A stretch of DNA of 64,000 bases from Ylistrum balloti (Eukaryota), in assembly GCF_031769215.1 (NCBI RefSeq), contig NW_026781862.1, positions 1,054,001 through 1,118,000 of the forward strand, in the 5' to 3' direction. The translations under genes were made by a program, and so were the position numbers. The stretch's first letter is position 1, and every line of letters begins with the position of its first letter. The notes beneath the pieces were generated by a model that was not told the DNA's origin, made no database searches, and worked only from the letters and a program-made list of their open reading frames with translations. Shown here one piece after another: positions 1 through 14,000 of the stretch.

Positions 1-778
1 TGACAATATCCCAGCTGTCTGGACAATATCCCAGCTGTCTGGACAATAACCCAGCTGCCTGGACAATATTCCAGCTGCCTGGACAACATCCCAGCTGTCT
101 GGACAACATCCCAGTTGTCTGGACAATATCCCAGCTGCCTGGACAATATCCCAGCTGTCTGGACAATACATTTGTATCCCAGCAGTATAGACAATATCCC
201 AGCAGTATAGACAATATCCCAGCTGCCTGGACAATATCCCAGCTGTCTGGACAATACATATGTATCCCAGCAGGATAGACAATATCCCAGCAGTATAGAC
301 AATATCCAAGCAGTATAGACAATATCCCAGCTGCCTGGACAATATCCCAGCTGCCTGGACAATATCCCAGCTGTCTGGACTATACACATGTATCCCAGCA
401 GTATAGACAATATCCCAGCTGCCTGGACAATATCCCAGCTGCCTGGACAATATCCCAGCTGTCTGGACTATACACATGTATCCCAGCAGTATAGACAATA
501 TCCAAGCAGTATAGACAATATCCCAGCTGTCTGGACAATATCCATATGTATCCCAGCAGCCCAGCTGCCTGGACAATATCCCAGCTGTCTGGACAATATC
601 CCAGCTGTCTGGACAATATCCAAGCAGCCATGACAGTATCCCAGCTGTCTGGGCAGTACATTTGTATCCCAGCTGCCTGGACAATATCCCAGCTGTCTGG
701 ACAATATCCCAGCAGCCACAACAATATCCCAGCTGCCTGGATGATATCCCAGCAGCTGTGACAATATCCCAGCAACTT
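1..778. repeat. Minisatellite, about 20-bp unit (GGACAATATCCCAGCTGTCT), truncated by the window start
   Basis: Directly visible tandem array with variant units. Confidence 0.95.
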
Positions 779-3700
779 TAACAGGTTCCAGATAGCCTGT
801 ACAATATCTCAGGATTTTACAGACTAGATATCATACTTCTACCTTTTTCTATCTAACTTAACAGAAAGGAGGCCCCTATTTATATATCATTACAGTAAAC
901 AACCAATCTACTTGTTTTTGATGATCTTTATTTTGAACAATTTACAATCATCATTTATAAAATAATATAAAATCTTAACGGTGTTAAAACATATAGCAAA
1001 GTGTTAGTTTACACCATCATAGAACTTATATAAAATCAGGTAAGAATTCTTTGTTGATGAAGATGTTGTTATAAATAATATGTACAATGAAAACAGATAT
1101 GTTACACAGAGTACATCAAAAATGAAAAACTTTCTGGATATAACTGGAAGAATAACCATATTGACAATTAAGCACATGTCTCCTCCTCCCTCAGGACATG
1201 AAAGTGTAAGGAAGAGGCAAGATCTCCAAAGATTGCTTCCTCAAGAAAAATGACAATTCTACAAGGCAACATACAACTGACAAAAAGGTATTACACATGG
1301 ATTAGAAAAAGTGCTCATTTGTGACAACAATAAACTGCTGAACTTATTTGGAGAAATTCTAGAGATGTATCAGATCTAAGCTTTTAAATCATAAAGACCA
1401 TTTCAGAAGAAAAAAAATTTTTTTTAAATGATTCTTGAAGCAATGAGCCAGCAAAGTACCAGAAAAATGACAAATGGTACAAAATAGATACTGTATATGT
1501 TAGATAAATAGAAAATAACATGTGTTAGGAATAAAATATGTGTTCACCTAGATAGATTTTTTATCAAAATAATAAATCACGGCAATGTTTATTGTGTGCT
1601 TTATGATGTGATAAATGACACAAAATCTTCTCATTATAAGATGTATACACTGACTGGTGAAAATCTGACTTCTTTCTCCATGTTTAGATAAAACATAAGA
1701 TATGTATTTACGCTAACTTTAGATAGTCATAAAAAAAACATGTAAATTAACGTTACTGCTACTTAAGATCAAGTAATTAAAAAAGAAAAACGATACAAAA
1801 AAAACATACCCATGGTAGGGATGGATTATTTTGACATACAATGTTCTTCAGATTAACAAAAATTCAGCTATACATTATGGGTACGTGTAAATGTACAGAT
1901 CTCTTCTTTTTGTTCTCTACTTACATGTCTAGTGTCTAGTATTGTCAGATTTGTGTATGTAATGGTGTTATATCTAATAAAAATGGCTGAATTCAGTGTT
2001 ACAATATCATTAAATAAATAACAATTTCATTTTCAATAAAACCATGAATTAAGAAAAAGGTAAGATTAACCAGTGAGAGTATGGCATAGTTTCAATGGCT
2101 GGACTATATTCCTGTCCTGTGTGTCAAAATTTATCATCTTCAGGGAAGAAATACATAAATATATTTCTTAAACAAATTAGCAAAAAAATTTATTGGAAAA
2201 TAACTTTATGAAAGTAAAACTAAAATTGGGTTTGTAACAACCAATATATCAAACGTAGGTAAAACCGGTGTTACGTTCCTGTAAGTAACGGTGATTACAG
2301 GTGTTACGTTCCTGTAAGTAATGGTGATTCTTATAGGAGTTTTTAAGTCAAAGATTTATAAAAACATGAAAAAAATAGTTATATCCACATGACACAGTTA
2401 AAAGCAAAATTGTTTCTTCAGACTGAGAAAGACAAGGATAATATTTTAAAATTTAACAATGTAATGCTTACATCACATTACAATACATAAGAAATTACCT
2501 GTAATAATGCTTCTACTCCTATTCCTAACAACAAAGGTTGTCCAAACAGGACATTGATTCAGAGCAAGACATGACATGACATGACATGAATCTAATATAA
2601 CAGTATTAATCACCTTTCAAATTTCAGAGGTACACACTGACATCACAGCAGTAGTTACTGAATGAACAACAGTATCACAACTCTCTTTTGGAGGGAATGT
2701 CTATATCAATCATAGTTTATATCAAGTGTAAAAAAATATTGTAAAAAAGTAAAAACATACAATGTGTCATTCTGAAAGTGTATATACATATGTATAATTA
2801 TTTATATAGTCTTAGCCGATACTTTTCTGTATATACTGAGGTGACTGCGAACAGCTAATAAGGAATGTACTACTTGCTCAGTTTAGTCCAGTGACAAATT
2901 ACCTGTATAAGGATATCAATTTAATGTAAACTAATTACCTGCATAAAGCACACATATAAACAAATAAGAAAATAGTTTTGTTAACAAAAACAGATGTCTC
3001 CCTTATTTGACAAGAACATCATTTCCTGTTTTTATATTTTGACCATGTTTGTTCATCAAGAGACTCGTCAATGTTCTTTTCACCAAATTTACTTCTCCAA
3101 GTTACAATAAAATAGAAATCATGTAAAACAGTAAGATTGGACTTTGACCTCTGAACTTACAACACTGATGTGTAGTTTGACTTCCAAGTTTTATCAAATA
3201 TCTCAAACAGTTTTAAAGTCATGATCTGGCAAAACAAATCTCGAACAAGATGCACTTTTATTAAAAAAAACTGGCTATGAGGTGAATGACCTAATTTTTG
3301 AGCACACTGCCCCACTTGTAGATGATGCAGGTACAAACCCAGCTGTCTTTTGTGAAAATGATAACACACTCACAAACTGATTTATCTAGCACTGTATCTG
3401 TGTTGTATATCGCAAGCAACACTCCTTTTTTACCAAATAAAATCATGTTAAGTAATAAAATGAATTCATAAACAAATTAAACTATAAGAAGATATTCTAA
3501 TAGATGGATGAGGACAGATTTTCATAAAGTTTTTCAGATGTTCAATCTTTTAAGAGCATGACATCACAAAAATCTACATAACTGAACATCAACGGTAAAG
3601 AACTCAGATAGCAACTGCATATATACATTGTGACTAGATACATACCTTTTTCATTGTACCTTTAAAATGATCAATGAAATTGACTAATTAGAAATTGTGA

Positions 3701-3879
3701 TAAATGCATTGCTAGGCAGTTTTGTATTAAGATGACTGATGAGAAAAAAAAGACATTAAAATGTGATCTTCGAGTTGTGTAACAGTCTCCAATATTGGAA
3801 ATAATTTCTTTGTTTAGAAACTTAAAAATGACATCAATAGGCACATATAAATAGTCATTTTATTCCATTCAAGATCTTG

Positions 3880-4430
3880 AAATTTGAGTCATTTTGACCC
3901 TTTTGACCCCGCCCTCCTGCCCCTGGGGTCAGCCAGGATTAAGATGTGTATAGTGTTAAAATGTCAGTTTATACTAATAATTCTAACCAGGTTTAAACTA
4001 TTTCCAAAAGAAAATAACAAATTATGCTCTAGGATGTATTTTCCTACATAAACTATAGTGAATTTTACCTCATCCCACGGGTGAAATGTGAGACTCTGGG
4101 GTCATGAAATTTTCAATTTTGATAAAGATTCTGAAAGCTATTCCATCTATGAAAAGATTTTAATTCTACCATATCTGAGTATCAAGCAAAAGATTTTTGA
4201 AGTTTTAATCAATTTGACTCTTTTTGGTCCTGCCTTGTGTCCCCTTTGGGGTTGGGACTTTATAATTTACATTTTGTTTTGCCATTGGGCATGGAAGGTT
4301 TCTGCAAAATGACAAATTGAAAACGGATCAGGAGTTTTCCAGAAGAAAATGTTCTAAGTTAATGACACACAATGTATGACAAAAGATGAGTGCATTAGGT
4401 TACCATGAGACTTTGTCTCAAGTGACCTTC
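3880..4430. mobile_element. Older degenerate interspersed repeat, probably the same broad family as 40735-41252
   Basis: TTTTGACCC...GCCCC modules, a GTTTTCCAGAAGAAAATG block and terminal CTCAAGTGACCT. Boundaries approximate. Confidence 0.35.
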
Positions 4431-5044
4431 AGATAATCTTTATATTTGTTAATTAATGGGCATTTCTCATCAGTGACAATGTTTGGCTGATTAATAATTT
4501 TCTTATAATGTAAATCAATAAATCAAATAATTAGATTTCAAAAATGTAAAAAGAAAAAAAAAAAGAAAATAAAAACTTGACAAAAGAACAATGTCGTGAA
4601 TATTTCCTTAAACCACTGATTAGTGTCTGTATTCCAGTCATCATCTTCAGTAACACAACATTCCAAAACATGTTCTGAAAGCCTTATCCCTGAGTAGTAA
4701 CATATAATCATTAGGACACACTAAGAAAAACAGAATTTCTATTTCCTGTGAAATCGAATCCCTTTTTTCAGGGTCATATTTCATTAAATTTTTATACATC
4801 TTTACCATGATGCAAAAGAAATGTTCCTTGTCACTTTGTACAAAAATAAAATAAAAGAAAAATGAAAAAAAAAAAAAAATTTAATTAGTTTATGGTATGA
4901 AATTAATAAAGTGTCCTTTGCACTCTAATGTATTTCCCTTCCCCACTATGTTATGTGTGTGGTGCTCTATTGTGTGATGTTTGTGTTAAATCTTAACTTG
5001 TAATTGGTATTAATTTATTTTGTTATACCCTATATATTTTAACA

Positions 5045-8000
5045 CTAGAATGGCCCACTGTTAACATCATTGGATGCACTGTGTCCGTTTAACTGTGCAG
5101 CTACATCTTCTATTGGTCTGTAATGAAAGAAGTTTTCATCATCAGAGAAAATTATCTATCTACATGTTCTTAACTGTCATTTTAAAACAAATACAATGGT
5201 TTCTTTTTTTAAGATAAGGTAATAGGACAGTGTATTGAAACAACTTCCTCTTATAGATTTAAACACTTAACTGACTTTTTTGGGGGGGGGGGGGGGATAA
5301 AGAAAATAACTGAGTAGGTATGAGGAATGAGCAAAAATTTACTTTCATATTTAGGCCGACCTAGGAATTATTTCCCTTGATTCTTTTTTCAGTAGCCACA
5401 ACATCAGTTGTTTAATAATGAATGTGGAACCATATACTACAGGGTTGTATTTTTGGGGGAAAAATGAAAAACAAATGTTTTATGCATATTACTCACCCAG
5501 TAAAACTAAATTTCTTTTCTCCAAACACTCTCAGCATGAAACAAGATTCATCAACAACGAACGTGGAAGGAATGATAACATAGTGACCAGGCTCTAGTTC
5601 AAACCTCTGACTGACCTCACGGTAGTTGATGTACACCCCGGATTTACCACAGTCACGATGAAACCGGAAATGTTGGATGTTCAGCCTCACAGTTGGATCT
5701 TGCGTCTATCAGTGAGAGACATTTCACAGATTTAAAAAAATATATGAAATATTTCGCTTTGTTAAACTTTATACTAATTTCATAATCTGACCAAATGCCT
5801 TTTTTTAACTGGACTATGTACTCCCAAGGAATTCATCTGTGAATGACTACCACTACAGTGGAAATATCTACCCAGCTGTTGGATCTTATTTTCATTGTAT
5901 AAATAGATCATTAATTTTAGTTTCTCATTTTTTCCCTTTTTCTTACATTTATGAGTTATCTCGAAGTGTATATTATTATTGTGGACATACTTAATTTGGC
6001 ACAATCAAATTATGGCTTTTTGGTAAATTAGCATGATGATGAATTAGCACATCTATTATGATTGCTATATGAATTAGCACTATGATGAATTAGCGTATCT
6101 AATATGATTGCTATACAGATTAACACTGATGAATTAGCGTATCTATTATGATTGCTATATGAATTAGCACTATGATGAATTAGCGTATCTATTATAATTG
6201 CTATATAGATTAACACTATGATGAATTAACATATCTAATATGATTGCTATATGAATTAGCACTATGATGAATTAGCGTATCTATTATAATTGCTATATAG
6301 ATTAACACTATGATGAATTAGCACATCTATTATGATTGCTATATGAATTAGCACTATGATGAATTAGCATATCTATTATAATTGCTATATAAACAGCATT
6401 CAGAAATTGCAATTGATGCAATCATACATTAATGCAATACTTTCAAAGTAAAAAGCTCAAAAATAAGATTGCCACTAAAATATCCACATTACAGTATGTA
6501 AACTCATGTCATATTTAATAGTAACTTATGAAAAATAAGTAGTTTTGATGTTTCCTAACTGAGAACTGATGTCACAATCTCGCAGACTGCGAATGAAAGG
6601 GAAACATTGAATACAAATATATGAGTAAGGAGTCAAAATACAACACTTCAAAACTTATATGGAAAATTGAGTTCACAGCCAGATTTTAAAAGAATTTTTA
6701 GAATTCATCACTCAATGGACAGCCAGGAACATGTTGAGGCAGGTTCCCAATGTAGAAGAAAGTTTTGTTCATGTGATGTAACAATGTTACAATGTTCTCA
6801 TGTGAGAAACTCACGTGAGAACCTCATGTGAAAACCTCATTGAGATTCTTGTGCGAGATACTATCTATAAGAAATATAGATGAGCAAGCTGTTTTGTTTA
6901 ACTTTACCTTATAAAGGAAGAAGCCGATTTGGAGACTTTTAACCTTGACATTACGCTTGGATCTACGGTGTTCCTGCATCAGTGATATAAGAATCGTACA
7001 AAGTCCCTCCCTCTCCGGGTCATCCTTCATCTCATCAAAGTCATCTGTAACCAGGTCAATAAGCTAGAGTCCTACATAGCTATTATACGATGAAAAAAGT
7101 TGAAGGCTTCTATTCCATATAAACAGCCTTGGTTGACTTTTGCAATCAGATGTTATGTCACTTCAAATATAAAACTCAATCTGAAATTTTGTCATGACTG
7201 TTTAAAAATGACTATATATGTTTGTGACCTTACCTGGCTCTGACAAAGTGAGAACATATTGTGGGTTCCTGGAGAACATGACAAGATCATTTCTTGATCC
7301 TCCAGCAGTCCTACCCAGGACCCACTCCCCTTTCCTCATCTCTACATGGCCTGAAAAAACATGCCCAATTATCATACAACAACTTAAACTAACTTTTGTC
7401 TTGAAAAGACTATAAAGTATCAGCCAAACAGTTTCAACAAAATGTTAAACTTTTTGAAAAATTAATTGGTAAGATGACTCTAGAGACATAAGGAACAAAA
7501 TGTATCGTAATATATAACAGAGAGACAGAACCACCAATAACATGAATTATTGCAAGATATGGGGGTGCAAGAAAACAATATTGGGGAGGCATGTGGATCT
7601 GTAAGACCAATTCTAGGGAGACTTGTGGATCTGTAAGACCAATTCTAGAGAGACGTGTTGATCTGTAAGATCAATTCTAGAGAGACTTGTGGATCTGTAA
7701 GATCAGTTCTAGAGAGACGTGTGGATCTATAAGATCAATTCTAGAGAGACATGTTAATCTGTAAGACCAATTCTAGAGAGACGTGTGGATTTATAAGATC
7801 AATTCTAGAGAGACATGTTAATCTGTAAGACCAATTCTAGAGAGACGTGTGGATTTATAAGATCAATTCTAGAGAGACATGTTAATCTGTAAGATCAATT
7901 CTAGAGAGACATGTTAATCTGTAAGATCAATTCTAGAGAGACATGTTAATCTGTAAGACCAATTCTAGAGAGACGTGTGGATTTATAAGATCAATTCTAG

Positions 8001-11000
8001 AGCGACATGTTAATCTGTAAGACCAATTCTAGAGAGACGTGTGGATCTGTAAGATCAATTCTAGAGAGACATGTTAATCTGTAAGACCAATTCTAGAGAG
8101 ACGTGTTGATCTGTAAGACCAATTCTAGGGAGACTTGTGGATATGTAAGATCAATGTCTCAACAGCATATTTTCTAAAGATCTAGATGTGTAGATTGACA
8201 GGAATTCTGGGAAGACATTAGCATCAAAAAGATCAGTTCTGCAGAGTCGTAGATCTAAAGAATACATGCTGCTGAGACATGAAACTAAAAGCACCGATTG
8301 TACCCAACAATGACATTAATAGAAGACTCACAGTTATCAGCTCTTCCGTCTCCATCAAAGTCTGGCCCTGTTAGACATATTGTAACCTCTTGGAAATGTT
8401 TACAAAAATCTCTATATGACATCCAGAATTCACCATCATCCTTGAGCTGCAAGCCAATCTCCTTCTTTGTCTCATCATCCACCCAGTGCCAATTTATGTC
8501 ACTGAATCAATCAGTAAATAGCATTGTGTGTTAATAAGCCTAGATATCAATAAGGCATAGTAAGCCAAGATAGCATTATATGATAGTAAGCCAAGATAGC
8601 ATTATATGATAGTAAGCCTAGATATCATTGTATGATAGTAAGCCTAGATAGCAGCCATAGCAGGCCTAAAGCATTTATGATAGGCCTTAACAGCATTGTA
8701 TGATAGTAGGCCTATGTATCATTGTATGATAGTAGGCCTATATATCATTGTATGATAGCAGGCCTATATATCATTGTACGATAGTAGGCCTAGACAGCAT
8801 TTTAGGATAGTAGGCCTAGATAGCATTATATGATAGTAGGCCTAGATAGCATTGTATGATAGTAGGCCTAGATAGCATTGTATGATAGTAGGCCTAGATA
8901 GCATTGTATGTATGACTAGATAGCAAGCCTAGATAGCATAGTATTGTATGATAGTAGGCCTAGATATCAATAAGGCATAGTAAGCCTAGATAGCATTATA
9001 TGATAGTAGGCCTAGATAGCTAGGCCTAGATAGCATAGGCCTAGATAGCATTGTATGATAGTAAGCCAAGATAGCATTATATGATAGTAAGCCAAGATAG
9101 CATTATATGATAGTAAGCCTAGATATCAATAAGGCATAGTAAGCCAAGATAGCATTATATGATAGTAGGCCTAGATATCAATAAGGCCTAGTAAGCAAAG
9201 ACAGCATTATATGATAGTAGGCCTAGATATCATTGTATGATAGTAGGCCTAGATATCATATAGTAGGCCTAGCATATTGTAAGATAGTAAGATAGCATTG
9301 TATGATAGTAGGCCTAGATAGCATTGTATAGGATAGTAGGCCTAGATAGCATTGTATGATAGTAGGCCTAGATAGCATTGTATGATAGCCTAGATAGCCA
9401 AGATAGTAGGCCATTATTGTATGATAGTAGGCCCTATGATATCAATAAGGCCTAGATTATTGTATGATAGCAGGCCTAGATAGCATTGTATGATAGTAGG
9501 CCTAGATAGCATTGTATGATAGTAGGCCTAGATAGCATTGTATGATAGTAGGCCTAGATAGCATTGTATGATAGTAGGCCTAGATAGCATTATATGATAG
9601 TAGGCCTAGATAGCATTGTATGATAGTAGGCCTAGATAGCATTGTATGATAGTAGGCCTAGATAGCATTATATGATAGTAGGCCTAGATAGCATTGTATG
9701 ATAGTAGGCCTAGATAGTATTGTATGATAGTAGGCCTAGATAGCATTGTATGATAGTAGGCCTAGATAGCATTGTATGATAGTAGGCCTAGATAGCATTG
9801 TATGATAGTAGGCCTAGATAGCATTGTATGATAGTAGGCCTAGATAGCATTGTATGATAGTAGGCCTAGATAGCATTATATGATAGCATGCCTAGATAGC
9901 ATTGTTTGATAGTAGGCCTAGATAGCTTTGTATGATAGTAGGACTAGATAGCATTGTATGATAGTAGGCCTAGATAGCATTGTATGTTAACAAGCCTAGA
10001 TAGCAATGTATGATAGTAGGCCTAGATAGTATTGTATGATAGTAGGCCTAGATAGCATTGTATGATAGTAGGTCTAGAGAGCATTATATGATAGTAGGCC
10101 TAGATAGCATTATATGATAATAGGCCTAGATAGCATTGCATGACAGCAGGCCTAGATACCATTGTATGACAGCAGGCCTAGATAGCATTGTATGATAGCA
10201 TGCCTAGATAGCATTGTATGATAGCAGGCCTAGAAAGCATTTATGATAGTAGGCCTTAACAGCATTGTATGATAGTAGGCCTATGTATCATTGTATGATA
10301 GTAGGCCTATATATCATTGTATGATAGCAGGCCTATATATCATTGTACGATAGTAGGCCTAGACAGAATTTTAGGATAGTAGGCCTAGATAGCATTATAT
10401 GATAGTAGGCCTAGATAGCATTATATGATAGTAGGCCTAGATAGCATTGTATGATAGTAGGCCTAGATAGCATTGTATGATAGTAGGCCTAGATAGCATT
10501 GTATGATAGTAGGCCTAGATAGCATTATATGATAGCATGCCTAGATAGCATTGTTTGATAGTAGGCCTAGATAGCATTGTATGATAGTAGGCCTAGATAG
10601 CATTGTATGTTAACAAGCCTAGATAGCATTGTATGTTAACAAGCCTAGATAGCATTGTATGATAGTAGGCCTAGATAGCATTGTATGATAGTAGGCCTAG
10701 ATAGCATTGTATGATAGTAGGCCTAGATAACATTATATGATAGTAGGCCTAGATAACATTATATGATAATAGGCCTAGATATCAATTTAGGATATTAGGC
10801 CTAGATAGCATTGTATGATAGCAGGCCTAGATAGCATTGTATGTAGGCCTAGATAGCATTGTATGATAGTAGGCCTAGATTGTATGATAGTAGTAGGCCT
10901 AGATAGCATTGTATGATAGTAGGTCTAGATATCATTGTATGATAGCAGGCCTAAATAGCATTGTATGATAGCATGCCTAGATAGCATTGTATGATAGCAG

Positions 11001-14000
11001 GCCTAGATACCATTGTATGACAGCAGGCCTAGATAGCATTGTATGACAGTAGGCCTAGATAGCATTGTATGATAGTAGGCCTAGATAGCATTGTATGATA
11101 GTAGGCCTAGATAGTATTGTATGATAGTAGGCCTAGATAGCATTGTATGATAGTAGGCCTAGATAGCATTGTATGATAGTAGGCCTAGATAGCATTGTAT
11201 GATAGCATGCCTAGATAGTATTGTATGATAGCAGGCCTAGATAGCATTGTATGATAGTAGGCCTAGATAGCATTGTATGATAGTAGGCCTAGATAGCATT
11301 GTATGATAGTAGGCCTAGATAGTATTGTATGATAGTAGGCCTAGATAGCATTGTATGATAGTAGGCCTAGATAGCATTGTATGATAGTAGGCCTAGATAG
11401 CATTGTATGATAGTAAGCCTAGATATCATTGTATGATAGTAGGCCTAGATAGTATTGTATGATAGTAGGCCTAGATAGCATTGTATGATAGTAGGCCTAG
11501 ATAGTATTGTATGATAGTAGGCCTAGATAGCATTGTATGATAGTAGGCCTAGATAGCATTGTATGATAGTAAGCCTAGATATCATTGTATGATAGTAGGC
11601 CTATATATCATTGTATGATAGTAGGCCTAGATAGCATTGTATGATAGTAGGCCTAGATAGCATTGTATGATAGTAGGCCTAGATAGCATTATATGATAGT
11701 AGGCCTAGATAGCATTATGTTATATTATTGATATCTAGTGTCAGTACTATATAGATATTTACCTGTAGTGTCAGTATATTCTGAATAATATATAGTGACA
11801 ATAGAGAATAGTGCAGTGAATATCATCAGAAACAAACAATTGAAATCCAAAACATGAGATCATTTTGAAAGCCTTATGTACTTACTTGTCACTCCAGGAT
11901 CCCTTCCACTCATTGCTGTCTGCCCATGGATTTCTGATCCGTACCAATTTTTCCTCACCTTTCTCATGTTTTATCTGGTAAAATATATTAACAGATAAGT
12001 ATGGTTGTATACTGGGTAGTATGTTTATCCAAGACGACAAGTGGTCTCAGCTAACGAATTAGACTTTTGTCGTGTTTCTTCATTTCCAATGTCTGATGAT
12101 ACATGCAGTATACATACCTTCCTGATGTCTATGACTGTGTAAGCATGTCCAGACACCAGTCCATTAGGATCAGCTTTTGTACTTAATCTCCAATCTCCCT
12201 ATCACACAAAACACACATACATGGAACACTTAAAAAACATCAAGGTAACCATGTTTCTTCAACAGACATTTTAAAAATAATGATGTTTATGAATATACAC
12301 GTAGTGTTAATTTCATTACTTTTTACATTTTGAACTGTTTCTGACATAGATTTTGAAAAACAAAAATCAGATATGAATATTTTATTAACATTTTTATGTG
12401 AATATTCCATTTATGTACTGTTTAAAACTTTTTTTTAAATGCAGTTTTTTTTTCAACTTTTCAGATTGTGTAAAATCAGAAAATGTCAAACCTGAAATAA
12501 TTGGATAAAGTTTTTTGAAACTTTCAGGGTTTTTGAAATGCCAAGGTTAAAAGCCAGTGTTTCCCTGTTTTGTCCCATGTCTACAAGTGTGTGGTGTTAT
12601 TAATGGCAAATCTACAAATTAAGCTGGACTATGAGCAAAAGATCTTGTAAAATAGTCTTAAACTACATAGCAAAATTCATAAATGCCTCAGTAAGGCATT
12701 GCTATTTTATTCCAGTGTTCAGTTGTGTCAAACTGAACTCCAATCTACCATAGGTACTATTATCACAAAGCTATTTCTGTACAGTATGTAACCATGTGGT
12801 TCCTGTACTGACAACACTGACCTTCCTAGAGCATGCCACGAAAGCCTCAGACATGATTGCACGATCGATAAGTCGGTACAAGACTGGATCTTTGTTGATG
12901 ACCTCGTGGCGCTCTGCTAGACCCCCAGTCAGATCCACCAAGGCATTCATTGCTTGACCACCCTCTATAGCCTCGTAGGAACCGTGCAGTCTGCGGTAAC
13001 GCAACATACAAAATATACATGTGCTAAAAAAACTGAAGCATAGTAATATGAAACTAGCAAATGCCTATGAAACATGACTGTCTCTACTGCAATGAAAAAA
13101 CCGAATCTTATCAGGTGTAGACTCTAAAGTTAGAGTACTATGTGGTAAATATGAACCAAATCTATTGAGAGGTTCTCAAGATTTGACATTGATTCAGAAT
13201 GGCATAATACACAACATGACAGGATACAATGGAATGGAGGGACATGGTAACACTATTTGACCCATTAAATTGTGAGGTTATAAGCAGTGTTGCAAACTGC
13301 TTATCGAATAATATATTTGGTCATGGCCTTCAAAATCAAGGGTGACTGAGCATTTAAAATGGTCATCCTGTAAAAAGACCATATGATCAATTCTATTGTA
13401 AAGTTGTCACATCTGTATGTGTTAAATGATGTTCTATGTTAAATATGAACATTATTTTAACTATATATTAAACCCAAAAATTGAATTTGAAACATAGTAA
13501 ACACTGATCAAAGGTAAAGAAATATTGGGTAATTCTAGCATTTTTCAGAATCTGAACAGGTCATGAAATGGCCAATATCAAGAGAACATGACTTTATCAA
13601 AGTTGGCAACATTTTACATCTCTTAGACCATTGCATGTAAGTATTATGTGTAACATATGAATTGTATGTCCCAAATGAGGTTTCACACTGGAAACAGACA
13701 ACCATAGAGAAGGGAATAACAAGTGAATTTTGTTGTGAGGTTCTACATCATCCAAAGAGGTACACGTCCATTACATATGAAGACTTAGGTAATTGTGGGT
13801 GTGTCAGCACTTGTGTTATATATGATTAAGTCCAACATAGTTTTACAAAGGTTGTACAAAGGGACATAACTCTGTTATTGGGCATGATAAGCATGATGTA
13901 TGTGATACCTTGCCTGCCTCAGGATCTAGGTGTACATCATTTGCAAATTTTGGCTGTTGATTGTCAGTGGAAAATGTGAGATATATGACTGAGACAAGGT

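Noticed and set aside
380-775. Several overlapping ORFs on both strands
   Set aside because: All are translations of the 20-bp minisatellite.
800-5040. Possible downstream calpain PEF exons
   Set aside because: I found no EF-hand-coding exon with valid splice sites; the region reads as UTR or intergenic DNA plus a decayed repeat.
5282-5296. G homopolymer (and the C run at about 31727-31738) as G-quadruplex candidates
   Set aside because: Single homopolymer runs of uncertain length in non-coding DNA, with no supporting pattern.
7593-8156. CRISPR-like appearance of the 32-bp array (also the 33- and 36-bp arrays)
   Set aside because: Units are contiguous with no unique spacers, there are no cas genes, and the context is eukaryotic introns.
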